In this document: positions 6,219 to 16,612 of the stretch, piece after piece
Numbering within the stretch: position 1 is the stretch's first letter
How the letters are laid out: each line of letters begins with the position of its first letter
From: Thermodesulfobacteriota bacterium
GTDB taxonomy: Bacteria > Desulfobacterota > Desulfobulbia > Desulfobulbales > SURF-16
Length of the DNA stretch: 25,476 nt
Direction: 5' to 3'
Assembly (NCBI GenBank): GCA_040755455.1
Contig: JBFMAY010000049.1
Span: 1-25,476 of the forward strand
Translations under genes and position numbers: made by a program
The notes under the pieces: model-generated
What the model saw: only the letters and a program-made list of their open reading frames with translations
The model's database searches: none
What the model was told of the DNA's origin: nothing

Positions 6219-6911
6219 ATGCTGCTGCAATGCCTGAACATAACCTATCGCTATCCGCAGGGTGACGCGCTGATTTTTCACGATCTCAACTGCGGTCTGG
6301 CTGATCCCGGTTTTCATGGCCTGTTCGGCCCGTCGGGGGTGGGAAAAAGCACCCTGGCCAGGATCATCGCCGGCGAGATCAGCGGCTTTGCCGGCGAGAT
6401 CAGGCGCCGGGACAGGGCCGACATCCTCTATTCCAGCAATACCGAGCGGCTGCCCGGCTGGTCCAGTGTGGGCGATCATCTGACCAAGGTGACCCCCGCG
6501 GCCAACCTGCCGCTGCTACAGGAACTGATCAGGGCCTTTGACCTCGGCTCCTGCGTTGACTCCCGCTTCTCCCAGCTCTCCCTGGGCCAGAAAAACCGGG
6601 CCAATCTCACCCGCTACCTGCTGCAGGATTTCGACCTGCTCATCATGGACGAAAGCCTGGCCAATGTGGATGAGGCCACCAGGAAACAGATCATTGTCAC
6701 CATCAAGCAGATCTTTCCGGACAGATATTTCCTCTATATTTCCCACAGCGTGGCGGAGGTTGCCACCTTCTGCGCCCGCATTCTCGTGCTGCGCGACATC
6801 CACAAGTCGCCGCAGCTCATCGAGGTGGCCGGCCGCGACCACCATGGCGATACGTCCCTGGACAGAACGGCCCTGGAACGGGCCATGCTGGAGATCGTCC
6901 ATGCTGCATAA
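6219..6911 (+). CDS. ABC transporter ATP-binding protein (NitT/TauT type)
   Basis: Walker A GPSGVGKST, signature LSLGQ, Walker B LLIMDE, H-loop ISH. Confidence 0.9.
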   Translation: MLLQCLNITYRYPQGDALIFHDLNCGLADPGFHGLFGPSGVGKSTLARIIAGEISGFAGEIRRRDRADILYSSNTERLPGWSSVGDHLTKVTPAANLPLLQELIRAFDLGSCVDSRFSQLSLGQKNRANLTRYLLQDFDLLIMDESLANVDEATRKQIIVTIKQIFPDRYFLYISHSVAEVATFCARILVLRDIHKSPQLIEVAGRDHHGDTSLDRTALERAMLEIVHAA

Positions 6912-7665
6912 ACGGCTTTCCCAGTTTCTGATCATCTATTTTCTCGGCCTGGGTCTGCTGCTGGCTGTCAAATACTGCTTCGGCCTGTCAGATTATGTCA
7001 TTCCCGGCTTCACTGATATGCAAAACACCGCGCAAGCAGTCGCCGCGGGTTATCTGCGGGCGGTGCTCGATACCCTGGGCGTGGCCGTCATCGGCCACTT
7101 GCTGGCCATTGCCCTGGCCACCGTGGTGGCCATTGTCGGCAGGCCGGACAACCTGTTGGGCACCATGATCAAAACCGCCGCCTACAATCTGCAGGCCTAT
7201 CCCATCGTCGCGGTGGCGCCGATTATTTTCATTCTCCTGGGCGACGGACTGCCGAGCCGGCTGCTGATTGCCGCCATCATCTGCTACTTTCCGCTGCTCC
7301 TTTCGTTCATCGGCATCCTGAGCGAACCGGTGGCCGGCATCGAACATTTCTATATCGTGACAGGCAGGATGCGCTGGCAGCTCGAGGTCAAGATCCGCGC
7401 CTTTGAAAACATCCACAAGCTGATTACCGTGGTCACCGGCAGCGCCACCCTGGCCATGGTCGGCACCATTGTCGCCGAGTTCATCGGGGCGGACAGCGGC
7501 ATTGGCTACAGCCTGCGCATCGCCCTCTACCAGAGCGATATCGCCAAGGTGCTGGTGGCCCTCTTCCTGATCGGTGTTTTTAATTCGCTCTATCTGGTCG
7601 GGCTCGAACTGCTCGGCCTGGCCGTGCGGAAAAGAATGGGAGTTGAACAGAGGATACAGCAATGA
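6901..7665 (+). CDS. ABC transporter permease (SsuC/TauC/ThiX-like)
   Basis: Start set at ATG 6901 (MLHKRL), overlapping the ATPase; multiple TM segments; PIVAVAP and IVAEFIGADSGIG motifs. Confidence 0.88.
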   Translation: MLHKRLSQFLIIYFLGLGLLLAVKYCFGLSDYVIPGFTDMQNTAQAVAAGYLRAVLDTLGVAVIGHLLAIALATVVAIVGRPDNLLGTMIKTAAYNLQAYPIVAVAPIIFILLGDGLPSRLLIAAIICYFPLLLSFIGILSEPVAGIEHFYIVTGRMRWQLEVKIRAFENIHKLITVVTGSATLAMVGTIVAEFIGADSGIGYSLRIALYQSDIAKVLVALFLIGVFNSLYLVGLELLGLAVRKRMGVEQRIQQ

Positions 7666-8660
7666 ATTGCCCCCCAGCCCGATCGATTTTCCTGCTCTGC
7701 CTGCTTTTCCTCCTTCCCCTGCTGGACGGCTGCCAGCAGCGGGACGGGGAGCCTGCGGCAGAGCTGAACTACCGGCTCAAATGGCTGTATAACATCAATA
7801 CAGCCGGCGATCTCTATGCCCTGGAGCACGGCTTTTTCACCAGCCGCGGCCTCAGGGTGGCGGTCAAACCGGGGGGGCCGGAGCGTGATGCCATCAGGGA
7901 GCTGGAGCTGGGCCGGGCCCAGTTCGGGGTTGCCTCGGCTGACCAGGTGATTCGCGCCCTGGCCAAAGGCGCGCCCATTGTGGTCATTGCCCAGCTCTTC
8001 CAGCAGAATCCCCTGCAGTGGATCCATCGCAGCGACGGGGCATGTTGCGCCGGCCCCTTGGACCTGCGCGGGAAAACCGTGGGCATCACTTACGGCGGCA
8101 ACGATGAGACGATCATGCGCGCCCTGCTGGCCAAGTACGATATCGCCCCAAACGAGGTCAACCTCTTCAGCGTGCGCTACGACTACACCCCGTTTTACCG
8201 CGGCGAGGTGGACCTGTGGCCCATCTACCGCAACGCCGAAGGCATTGTCATTGCCGAAAAGATGTCCCAGGCAGGGGAACAGACCGATTTTTTTGTCCCG
8301 GACCTCTTTGATGTGCGTTTTGTGGCCAATTCCCTCATCACCACGAGATCGATGCTGGAGGAGAACCCCGGCCTGGTGCGGAATTTCCGCGACGCCTTGC
8401 TGAGCGCCTGGCAGGAGGCCCTGGCCCCGGCCAATGCGGCCAGGACCATTGCCCTGGTGCATGCCTATGATCAGGGCACGCCGGAAGAGATCATCGCCAA
8501 ACAGCTCGACGCCTCCCGGCAACTGATGCTGCCGGAAAAGGGACGGTTCGGCAGGATTGACACTGCCGCCTGGCGGGAGACGGAACAAATCATGCTGGAG
8601 CAGGGAGTGATGGACTCCCCGGTGGGGGTGGAAAAGGCACTCTTTCCTGATGGGCTGTAA
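7662..8660 (+). CDS. ABC substrate-binding protein, NMT1/THI5 (ThiY/SsuA-like)
   Basis: Possible lipoprotein signal; RLKW, ALEHGFF..RGLRV and DLRGKTVG motifs; third gene of the operon. Confidence 0.88.
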   Translation: MNCPPARSIFLLCLLFLLPLLDGCQQRDGEPAAELNYRLKWLYNINTAGDLYALEHGFFTSRGLRVAVKPGGPERDAIRELELGRAQFGVASADQVIRALAKGAPIVVIAQLFQQNPLQWIHRSDGACCAGPLDLRGKTVGITYGGNDETIMRALLAKYDIAPNEVNLFSVRYDYTPFYRGEVDLWPIYRNAEGIVIAEKMSQAGEQTDFFVPDLFDVRFVANSLITTRSMLEENPGLVRNFRDALLSAWQEALAPANAARTIALVHAYDQGTPEEIIAKQLDASRQLMLPEKGRFGRIDTAAWRETEQIMLEQGVMDSPVGVEKALFPDGL

Positions 8661-8783
8661 GTCTCGGCTCAGGAATTAAACGCGCCCTGAGGAATGGCCG
8701 CGGATCTATTTCACCGGCGATCGGGATGGGTGCCATGAGCAAATGTGACAGGAGTGCTGATGCTGTGAAAATGTGAACTTGAC

Positions 8784-10301
8784 TTGTTGATAAGAAGTAC
8801 CGATATTAAAAAGATGAGGAAAAAGATCAGACAACAAGTCAGGACATCCGGCAGCGAAACCAGCAGACATGGCAACAATATCCCGGCCGTTAAGGAAATC
8901 CACGACAGGCAAAGCGCACCAGCAGTGAAGCAAAGAAGTCCGGGGCACCTCCATCCGGCCATTTTCCTTCTTTTCTCCTTGCTCGCTATTTTCTGCCGCC
9001 CTGCCTTAACCGCGGCGGATGACGGAAAAGCGAACCTAGCAGAAATCGAGGCCCGCATCGCCGCCGGACCAGCCATTGCCGACCTCCTTACTTTCGCCCT
9101 GCGCGGCAACCCGTCCATTGAGGCGGCGCGGCAGGGCTGGAAGGCCGAGGTGGAAGGATACCGGGTGACCAAGGCCTACCCGGATCCCAGAATTTCCGCG
9201 TTTTACCCGGTGGAAACCAGGATCGGCGCGGAAGAGTGGGGAATCACACTTTCCCAGGGCATTCCCTTCCCGGGCCGGCTATCCGCCGAGGGCGACGTCG
9301 CCTCCGCCGATATCAGCATTGCCCGGATTGGCTATGAACAGGCGATCCGTGACGTGGTGATCGAGGTCAGGCAGGCGGCCTATGAACTGCTCTATCTGCA
9401 GGAAGCCGGCAAAATCGCGGCGGGCAACCGCGAGCTCATGGGTCAGGTCATGGCTTCCGGCACCGCTGCCTATGCCCGGGACCGGGCTTCGCTCATTGAT
9501 CTGGCCAAGGCGGCGGCCCAGTCCGGGCAGCTGCAGTTTGACGAGCATCTGCTTGCGGAACTGGCAGCCACAGAGGAAACGAGGCTCAACAGTCTGCTGG
9601 GTCGCTCTCCGGCAACCGTGATCGGCACCCTGACTGCTCCGCCTTTACGCTTCATGAACCATTCCCTTGAAGAGCTCTACCTTTTTGCCGAGGAAAACCG
9701 GTCGGAGATCCTGCTTGCCAAGGCCGCCCTCGAGAAGTCCGAACGCGGCGTAACCGTTGCCCGTTACCGGACCCTGCCTGAATTTGATGTCGGCCTTTTT
9801 GTCAACAGCATCAAGGAAGCTGATCCGCTTGACGATAACGGACGAACCGGCGTCAAGGAGGTGGGCGCCACGGTTACCCTTTCCATGCCGATCTGGTTCG
9901 GCAAGAACCAGGGACAGATGGACTCAGCCCGGGCCAGGGCAGAGCAGGCACGGGCCGAGGTGCGGGCGCGGATCAACGAGGCGCGGGCTGAAGTGAGCCG
10001 CCTGTTTTTCCGCCTGCGCAATGCCGAACGGCTGGTCCGTCTTTACCGCGACGAACTCATTCCCCAGGCCGCCAAGGCGGTGGAGACGACGGAGAACTGG
10101 TTCCGGGAAGGCAAAGGCAGTCTGTCCGACTTTACCGAGACGCGAACCGTCTGGTACAACTTTCAGCTCGCCCTGGCCCGGGCCACCGCCGACTACGGCC
10201 AGAACCTTGCCGCTCTCGAAGGGCTGGTCGGCAGAACGCTGACGGAATCCGCAGCGCAAACCTCGTCTGTTTCGCCAGCGGCAGAGGAGCGAACACCGTG
10301 A
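8784..10301 (+). CDS. TolC-family outer-membrane efflux protein 1 (true start probably downstream of 8784)
   Basis: AYPDP, SQGIPFPG and two OEP-like helical repeats; first gene of the RND cluster. Confidence 0.85.
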   Translation: MLIRSTDIKKMRKKIRQQVRTSGSETSRHGNNIPAVKEIHDRQSAPAVKQRSPGHLHPAIFLLFSLLAIFCRPALTAADDGKANLAEIEARIAAGPAIADLLTFALRGNPSIEAARQGWKAEVEGYRVTKAYPDPRISAFYPVETRIGAEEWGITLSQGIPFPGRLSAEGDVASADISIARIGYEQAIRDVVIEVRQAAYELLYLQEAGKIAAGNRELMGQVMASGTAAYARDRASLIDLAKAAAQSGQLQFDEHLLAELAATEETRLNSLLGRSPATVIGTLTAPPLRFMNHSLEELYLFAEENRSEILLAKAALEKSERGVTVARYRTLPEFDVGLFVNSIKEADPLDDNGRTGVKEVGATVTLSMPIWFGKNQGQMDSARARAEQARAEVRARINEARAEVSRLFFRLRNAERLVRLYRDELIPQAAKAVETTENWFREGKGSLSDFTETRTVWYNFQLALARATADYGQNLAALEGLVGRTLTESAAQTSSVSPAAEERTP

Positions 10302-11815
10302 TTCTCCCCTGTTCCCCCCGCCTGCTTGCGACGGCCCTGATCATAACGCCGCTGCTCACCGCCGGCTGCTCCCGTTACCCGGCGCTGCTGGCAGAATGGG
10401 AAAATGCCCGGCCCCCGGCCTATCTGGCGGACAACCGCCCGGCTGCTCAGCCGCCCCCGTCCCCTCTTCCCCCTCCGCTGCCGGACCAGGATGCGGGACA
10501 AGTACCGGAACCTTCTCTTTTCTCGCCGGACCAGGCCCGGCTGCAGGAGCTGGCCCCTGCCGCCACTGATGCCGATTTTACCGCCGCGCGGCTGGCAACT
10601 CATTTCACCCTGCCCGATTTTGAGGCCCTTGTTCTGCTCCGTAACCCCACGCTGCGCGCCGCAGACGAGGAGTTCCAGGGGGTTGTTGAACGATACAGCC
10701 AGACCCAGGCCTTAAACAACCTGCTCAGCCGCTACGCCGCCTTGACCGGCGGTCTGGAAACAGGCATCGGCGCAATGGCCCCCGGCACCAACAACGCCGG
10801 CCTCTATCCTTTCCCCGGCCTCATCAGTCTGCGGGGCGACATCGTGCGCCAGGAGGTGGCGGCCGGCCGCGAGGCGCTGGCCATTACCCGGCGCACCGTT
10901 CTCGCCGCGGCCCGCCGGGCGTTCTGGGAACTCCTCTACGCCCGCCAGGCCCATGCCATTGCCATCCGCAACTATGATGTGGTGGACAGTTTGAAAAATA
11001 CCGGGGCCGCAAGTTATGCAGCCGCTACCGGTTCATTCGTGGATCTGGTGCGGGTGGATATGGAACACGGCCTGATGAAGGAGGCGATCCCGATCCGGCT
11101 GGAAGAGCAGCGGGTCAGGGAGGCGGAGATTCGCGCCCTGCTTGATCTGCCCTCGCCGGCCACGATCGGTGCTCCGGTGGCGGACGAACAGGCGGTAAGC
11201 GCGCTGCCGGCCCCGGCGGAACTGGCAGCAACCGCCCTGGCCGCCCGGCAGGAGCTGCGCGCCCTGCGGGCCCGCATCGCCGCAACGGAACTGCTGGTCG
11301 CCATGACGGAGGCGGAGGGGCACCCCGGCTACTCTTTAAATCTTTCAGCCTTTCCGGCAAATGATGCCGCCAGGGTCATGCCCGGCGGTGCCCGACCTGA
11401 CAGTTTTCCATCCGCCATCCCCGCCGCTGAAGGGGTCGGCACGCCGCGCAATGCCTTGTATGGCGCAAATGAAGGCTATCTGCGGGAAACGCGCCGGACC
11501 TTGGCCGCCCTGCGCCACCGCCTGGCGGCCGAGGAGGCCAACACCCGGAGTCTGGTCCAGGGGGCATGGTATCAGCTTGACAAGGCCCAACGTCAGGAAA
11601 AGCTTTACCGGGACAAGGTTGTGCCCTTGGCCCGCACCGATCTCGACGCCTCCACCGACGCCTACAAGACCGGGGGGGTCACCTTTGCCCAGATGCTCGA
11701 TGCCTATTCCCGCTGGTTCGCCACCATCCTTGCCTGGCATCGGGCCCAGGCTGATCTCGGGGTGGCCCGGGCAGGCCTGGAAGAAAGCGTCGGGGCGCAG
11801 GTTGATGGACGCTAA
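10298..11815 (+). CDS. TolC-family outer-membrane efflux lipoprotein 2
   Basis: LTAGC lipobox, YPFPG motif, OEP-like repeats; GTGA overlap with the previous gene. Confidence 0.82.
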   Translation: MILPCSPRLLATALIITPLLTAGCSRYPALLAEWENARPPAYLADNRPAAQPPPSPLPPPLPDQDAGQVPEPSLFSPDQARLQELAPAATDADFTAARLATHFTLPDFEALVLLRNPTLRAADEEFQGVVERYSQTQALNNLLSRYAALTGGLETGIGAMAPGTNNAGLYPFPGLISLRGDIVRQEVAAGREALAITRRTVLAAARRAFWELLYARQAHAIAIRNYDVVDSLKNTGAASYAAATGSFVDLVRVDMEHGLMKEAIPIRLEEQRVREAEIRALLDLPSPATIGAPVADEQAVSALPAPAELAATALAARQELRALRARIAATELLVAMTEAEGHPGYSLNLSAFPANDAARVMPGGARPDSFPSAIPAAEGVGTPRNALYGANEGYLRETRRTLAALRHRLAAEEANTRSLVQGAWYQLDKAQRQEKLYRDKVVPLARTDLDASTDAYKTGGVTFAQMLDAYSRWFATILAWHRAQADLGVARAGLEESVGAQVDGR

Positions 11816-11876
11816 ACGTGCAAACGTTCCAGCGCTCCAACGCTTAAACAATTGAACGTTGCAACGCTGGAACGCC
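11813..11876. repeat. Eight degenerate 8-bp repeats (nnAACGnT) that also form an imperfect palindrome
   Basis: taaacgtg caaacgtt ccagcgct ccaacgct taaacaat tgaacgtt gcaacgct ggaacgcc; CGTTCCAGCG(11825-11834)/CGCTGGAACG(11865-11874). Confidence 0.75.
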
Positions 11877-11889
11877 TGAAGGAGGCCCC

Positions 11890-13314
11890 ATGGCAGATAA
11901 CATGACCAAAAACGAACCCGAGGGAGGCAAACGGCCCCGGCTGCCCGTCGCCGTTGTCATCCTTATTCTGGCCGTGGCCCTCGGATCAGGACTTTTCATC
12001 CGCCTGGGCGGCTGGTGGCCCCACGATCACCCTGCGGGGGAGAGCAGCGAGACGGCGACAGTGCAATACACCTGCCCCATGCACCCGGAGATCATCACCA
12101 ATGAGCCCGGCCAATGCCCGATCTGCGGCATGGATCTGGTCAAGATTGAAACCACGACACCACCGGGCGTAAAGCAACCGGCCGCGGATGCCGCCCCGTC
12201 CAAGTCACCGGACGATGATTTTTTCAGCGATCTCAAGGAGACGGGCCAGGCCGATAAAATCGTCGTGCCGGACGACAGGGTGACGATCCACGTCGGGCCC
12301 GAGGCGTTGCAGGCGTCGGGGGTGCAGACAGCACAGGCTGTGCTTGAACGCATCAGCCGCACGGTGCGGGCCGCCGGCCTGATCACCGCCGATGAGACCC
12401 GCATCCGCCATGTGCACACCAAGGTTGACGGCTGGGTCGAATCCCTGGCCGTCAATTTCAACGGCCAGCTGGTCACCGCCGGCCAGCCCATCCTGAGTCT
12501 CTATTCGCCAATCCTGCTCACCAGCCAGGAAGAGTTCCTGCGCGCCAAGGAGACTGCGGCCAAATTCAGCACCAACCAGGACGAGGTCCTGCGCAAACTC
12601 GGCCAGCAGCTCTACGACTCGGCCCGGCGGCGGCTAGAGCTTTTCGACGTGCCGAGCTCCTTTATCGATGAGCTGGAACGGCAGGGCAAAACCAGCCGCG
12701 TCGTGACCCTGAACGCCCCGGTGGCCGGTTTCGTTACCGCCAAATCCATCTTTGAGGGCCAGCAGATCGTGCCCGGCCAGGAACTCTTCACCATCACCGA
12801 TCTGTCAAGGGTGTGGATCGAGGCGAACCTGTATGAATATGAGGCTGGCCAGGTGGCGGTGGGCCAGGAGGCCAGCCTGACCCTGCCTCATGCGCCTGGG
12901 ATCAGACTGCAGGGCAAGGCCACATACATCTATCCCTTTCTGAACCCAGAGAGCCGCACCCTCAAGGTGCGCTTTGAGTTCGCCAACCAGGATTTTCTCC
13001 TCAAGCCCGCCATGTACGCCGACGTGGCCATCGACCTGGCCACCGTGGAAGGGGTCGCGGTCCCCGATTCAGCGGTTATGGACACCGGCACGCGCAAGCT
13101 GGCCTTCGTCGAGCTTGAGGCGGGAACCTTTGAGCCCCGCGCCATCGAGACCGGGGTGGCCGGCAACGGCAAGGTGCAGATCATCTCGGGCATCCGCGCC
13201 GGTGAAAAGGTGGTGGTGAAGGCCAATTTTCTCCTTGATTCGGAATCACGGCTGCGGGCCACCACCTCCCGTATCATCAACAAAGGCCACCAGAGTCACG
13301 GAGAGGGAAAATGA
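11890..13314 (+). CDS. cusB: CusB-like RND periplasmic adaptor with heavy-metal-binding domain
   Basis: GGAGG RBS; YTCPMHP..CPICGMDL domain; YSP, LKPAMYA and FLLDSES motifs. Confidence 0.9.
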   Translation: MADNMTKNEPEGGKRPRLPVAVVILILAVALGSGLFIRLGGWWPHDHPAGESSETATVQYTCPMHPEIITNEPGQCPICGMDLVKIETTTPPGVKQPAADAAPSKSPDDDFFSDLKETGQADKIVVPDDRVTIHVGPEALQASGVQTAQAVLERISRTVRAAGLITADETRIRHVHTKVDGWVESLAVNFNGQLVTAGQPILSLYSPILLTSQEEFLRAKETAAKFSTNQDEVLRKLGQQLYDSARRRLELFDVPSSFIDELERQGKTSRVVTLNAPVAGFVTAKSIFEGQQIVPGQELFTITDLSRVWIEANLYEYEAGQVAVGQEASLTLPHAPGIRLQGKATYIYPFLNPESRTLKVRFEFANQDFLLKPAMYADVAIDLATVEGVAVPDSAVMDTGTRKLAFVELEAGTFEPRAIETGVAGNGKVQIISGIRAGEKVVVKANFLLDSESRLRATTSRIINKGHQSHGEGK

Positions 13315-16300
13315 TCGCCCGCATCATTGACTTCTGCGGCCGCAACCGGTTGATCACCCTGTTCTGCGTTGGCTTCTGCTGCCTCGTTGCCGTCTATATT
13401 CTGAAACAGATCCGGCTTGACGCCCTGCCCGATCTCTCCGATACCCAGGTGATCATTTACTCGCGCTGGGAGCGGTCGCCGGACATCATTGAGGATCAGG
13501 TCACCTACCCCATTGTCACCGCCCTGCTGGGCGCGCCCGGCGTGAAGGCCATCCGGGGTTTTTCCGATTTCGGCTTCTCCTTTGTCTACGTGATTTTCCA
13601 GGACGGCACCGACATCTACTGGGCCCGTTCCCGGGTCATCGAGTACCTTTCCAAGATCACCTCGCGCCTGCCGCCGGAGGTGCGAACCGAACTCGGGCCG
13701 GACGCCACCGGCGTGGGCTGGATCTATCAATACACCCTGGTGGACGATTCAGGCACCCATTCCCTGGACGAACTCCGCTCCTACCAGGACTGGACCCTGC
13801 GCTATGCGGTCCAGTCAGTGCCGGGGGTGGCTGAGGTGGCGACCGTCGGCGGCTTTCAGCGGCAATACCAGATCACCGTTGACCCGAACCGCCTGGAGGT
13901 GTATGACCTGCCCCTTGACGAGGTGGTGGATGCGGTCCGGCGGTCAAACAACGAGGCAGGCGGCCGGGTGCTGGAGTTCGCCGGCAGCGAGTACATGGTG
14001 CGCGGCCGCGGTTATGCCAAAAACGTCGATGATTTCGCGGGCATCGTGCTCAAGGTGGGGCCGGGTGGCGTGCCGGTACTGCTGCGGGATGTGGCCCAGG
14101 TTGAGCTGGGCCCCGAGATCCGGCGCGGCGTCGCCGATCTTGACGGACTGGGCGACCATGTGAGCGGCATCGTGGTCATGCGCCATGGGGAAAACGCCCT
14201 GAACGTCATCAACCGGGTCAAGGAACGTCTGCAGGAAATTGAGCCGTCCCTGCCCAAGGGGGTGCGCCTCGTCACGGCCTACGACCGTTCCGACCTCATC
14301 ACCCGGGCACTTGACACCCTGCGGCACGAACTCATCCTGGAGATGATCATCGTCTCCGCCGTCATCCTCATCTTTCTCTGGCATATTCCGTCGGCCATCG
14401 TGCCCATCATCACCATCCCCATTTCCGTGCTGCTGGCCTTTATCCCGCTTTTCTACCTCGGGGTGACGGTCAACATCATGAGCCTGGCCGGTATCGCCAT
14501 CTCCATCGGGGTGCTGGTGGACGGGGCCATCGTCGAGGTGGAGAACGCCTACAACCGCATCCACCAGTGGCTGGAGAACGGCAGGCAGGGGGATTTTCAT
14601 CAGGTCCGTCTCAATGCCCTGAAAGAGGTGGGGCCGTCGGTTTTTTTTTCCCTGCTGGTCATTGCCGTTGCCTTTATCCCCATCTTCGCCCTGGTGGACC
14701 AGGAAGGCAGGCTGTTCAAGCCGCTGGCCCTGTCCAAAAACCTGGCCATGGGCCTGGCGGCGATCCTGGCCATCACCCTTGACCCGGCCCTGCGCATGCT
14801 GTTCGCCCGCATCGAGCCCTTCACTTTCCGGCCGCGCGTCCTGGCCCGGCTGGCCACCATGACCCTGGTGGGCACCTACTATGCCGAGGAGCAGCATCCC
14901 ATCAGCCGGGCCATCGCCCGGGTCTATGAGCCGGCCTGCCGTTTCACCCTGCGCCATCCGCGCTCGGTCATCGCCACGGCGGTGGCCATCGTCGCCCTGA
15001 GCCTGCCGGTCTACTTAAAGCTCGGTTCCGAATTCATGCCGCCGCTCAACGAGGGCACCATCCTCTACATGCCCACCACCATGCCGGGGCTCTCCGTGGG
15101 GCTGGCCCAGGAGCTGATGACCGCCCAGGACAAGCTGCTGAAATCATTCCCCGAGGTGGAGCGGGTCATGGGCAAGGCCGGCCGGGCGGACACCTCAACC
15201 GATCCGGCCCCCTTCTCCATGATGGAGACCGTGGTGGTGCTCAAACCGGAAAGCCAGTGGCGGGGCAAGGAGCGCTGGTACTCCGGCTGGCTGCCGGATT
15301 TTCTTGGTTTTCTGGTGCGGCCCATCTGGCCGGACCATATCTCCTATGAGGAGCTGGTGGCAGAGATGGACCGGGTGGTCCGCTTCCCCGGGGTGACCAA
15401 TGCCTGGACCATGCCGATCAAGGCCCGCATTGACATGCTCAGCACCGGCATCCGCACGCCGGTGGGCATCAAGATTTTCGGCGCAGATCTCGCTGAGATC
15501 CAGCGTATCGGCGAGGAACTGGAAGGCATTCTGCGCGATGTGCCCGGCACCAGGAGCGTCTTTGCCGAGCGGGTGGGCAGCGGTTTTTTCCTCGATTTCG
15601 TGCCTAAGCGCGACCAGCTCGCCCGCTACGGCCTCACCATTGATGACGTGCAACGGGTGATCCTGGCCGCGGTGGGCGGGGAGAACATCACCACCACCGT
15701 CGAGGGCCGGGAGCGCTACCCGGTGAATATCCGCTATCCGCGGGAGCTGCGGGAAAACGTCGAACAGCTGGGCCGGGTCCTGGTTCCCGGCAACGGGGGC
15801 GTGCAGGTGCCGCTCGCTCAGCTCGCCGATATCCAGCTGCTGCAGGGGCCGGCCATGGTGCGGGATGAAAACGGCTTTCTGGCCGGTTACGTCTATGTGG
15901 ACATTGCCGGCCGGGACATCGGCGGCTATGTGGAGGAGGCCAAACTGGCCGTGGCCAAAGATTTGACCCTCCCCCAGGGTTACGTTCTCCAGTGGAGCGG
16001 CCAGTACGAGAACATGCTGCGGGTGCGGGAACGTCTCAAACTGGTGGTGCCGGTCACCCTTTTTCTCATTTTCCTCCTGCTCTACCTCAACACCCGCAAC
16101 GCCTTCAAGGCGGGACTGGTCATGCTCGCCGTGCCCTTCTCGGCGGTTGGCGCGGTCTGGCTGTTTTATGTCCTGGACTACAATATCTCCATCGCCGCCT
16201 GGGTGGGCATGATCGCTCTCCTCGGCCTCGACGCCGAGACCGGGGTGTTCATGCTCCTCTTTCTCGATCTTTCCTATCACGAGGCCCGGCGGCAGGGCAA

Positions 16301-16604
16301 GGTCACTGACATGGCCGGACTGGACGAGGCCATCATCCACGGCGCGGTCAAACGGGCCAGACCAAAGATCATGACCGTGGCCGCCGCCTTCATGGGTTTA
16401 CTACCCATCATGTGGTCCACCTCGGCCGGGGCGGACGTGATGAAACGGATCGCGGCGCCGATGATCGGCGGCCTCATCACCTCGTTTATCATGGAGTTGC
16501 TGGTCTATCCGCCGATCTATAAACTGTGGAAGAAAAACACCGATCTCCGTTCATTAACCGGGGCCGGATTGCCCGCCCCACATCATATAAACAACCAACA
16601 ATAG
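13311..16604 (+). CDS. cusA: CusA-type Cu(I)/Ag(I) heavy-metal efflux RND pump
   Basis: LDALPDLSDTQVII, GPDATGVGW; Met-triad contexts LYMP, SMMET and IDML as in CusA; 1097 aa. Confidence 0.93.
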   Translation: MIARIIDFCGRNRLITLFCVGFCCLVAVYILKQIRLDALPDLSDTQVIIYSRWERSPDIIEDQVTYPIVTALLGAPGVKAIRGFSDFGFSFVYVIFQDGTDIYWARSRVIEYLSKITSRLPPEVRTELGPDATGVGWIYQYTLVDDSGTHSLDELRSYQDWTLRYAVQSVPGVAEVATVGGFQRQYQITVDPNRLEVYDLPLDEVVDAVRRSNNEAGGRVLEFAGSEYMVRGRGYAKNVDDFAGIVLKVGPGGVPVLLRDVAQVELGPEIRRGVADLDGLGDHVSGIVVMRHGENALNVINRVKERLQEIEPSLPKGVRLVTAYDRSDLITRALDTLRHELILEMIIVSAVILIFLWHIPSAIVPIITIPISVLLAFIPLFYLGVTVNIMSLAGIAISIGVLVDGAIVEVENAYNRIHQWLENGRQGDFHQVRLNALKEVGPSVFFSLLVIAVAFIPIFALVDQEGRLFKPLALSKNLAMGLAAILAITLDPALRMLFARIEPFTFRPRVLARLATMTLVGTYYAEEQHPISRAIARVYEPACRFTLRHPRSVIATAVAIVALSLPVYLKLGSEFMPPLNEGTILYMPTTMPGLSVGLAQELMTAQDKLLKSFPEVERVMGKAGRADTSTDPAPFSMMETVVVLKPESQWRGKERWYSGWLPDFLGFLVRPIWPDHISYEELVAEMDRVVRFPGVTNAWTMPIKARIDMLSTGIRTPVGIKIFGADLAEIQRIGEELEGILRDVPGTRSVFAERVGSGFFLDFVPKRDQLARYGLTIDDVQRVILAAVGGENITTTVEGRERYPVNIRYPRELRENVEQLGRVLVPGNGGVQVPLAQLADIQLLQGPAMVRDENGFLAGYVYVDIAGRDIGGYVEEAKLAVAKDLTLPQGYVLQWSGQYENMLRVRERLKLVVPVTLFLIFLLLYLNTRNAFKAGLVMLAVPFSAVGAVWLFYVLDYNISIAAWVGMIALLGLDAETGVFMLLFLDLSYHEARRQGKVTDMAGLDEAIIHGAVKRARPKIMTVAAAFMGLLPIMWSTSAGADVMKRIAAPMIGGLITSFIMELLVYPPIYKLWKKNTDLRSLTGAGLPAPHHINNQQ

Positions 16605-16612
16605 GAGTTGCC

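Noticed and set aside
6538..6900. N-terminal extension of the permease shown in the ORF track
   Set aside because: It overlaps the ATPase gene out of frame and has low-complexity composition; ATG 6901 fits the family length.
8761..8812. CueR/MerR-type promoter for the cus operon (TTGACT at 8779)
   Set aside because: No dyad symmetry in the spacer and only a poor -10 at either 17- or 19-bp spacing.
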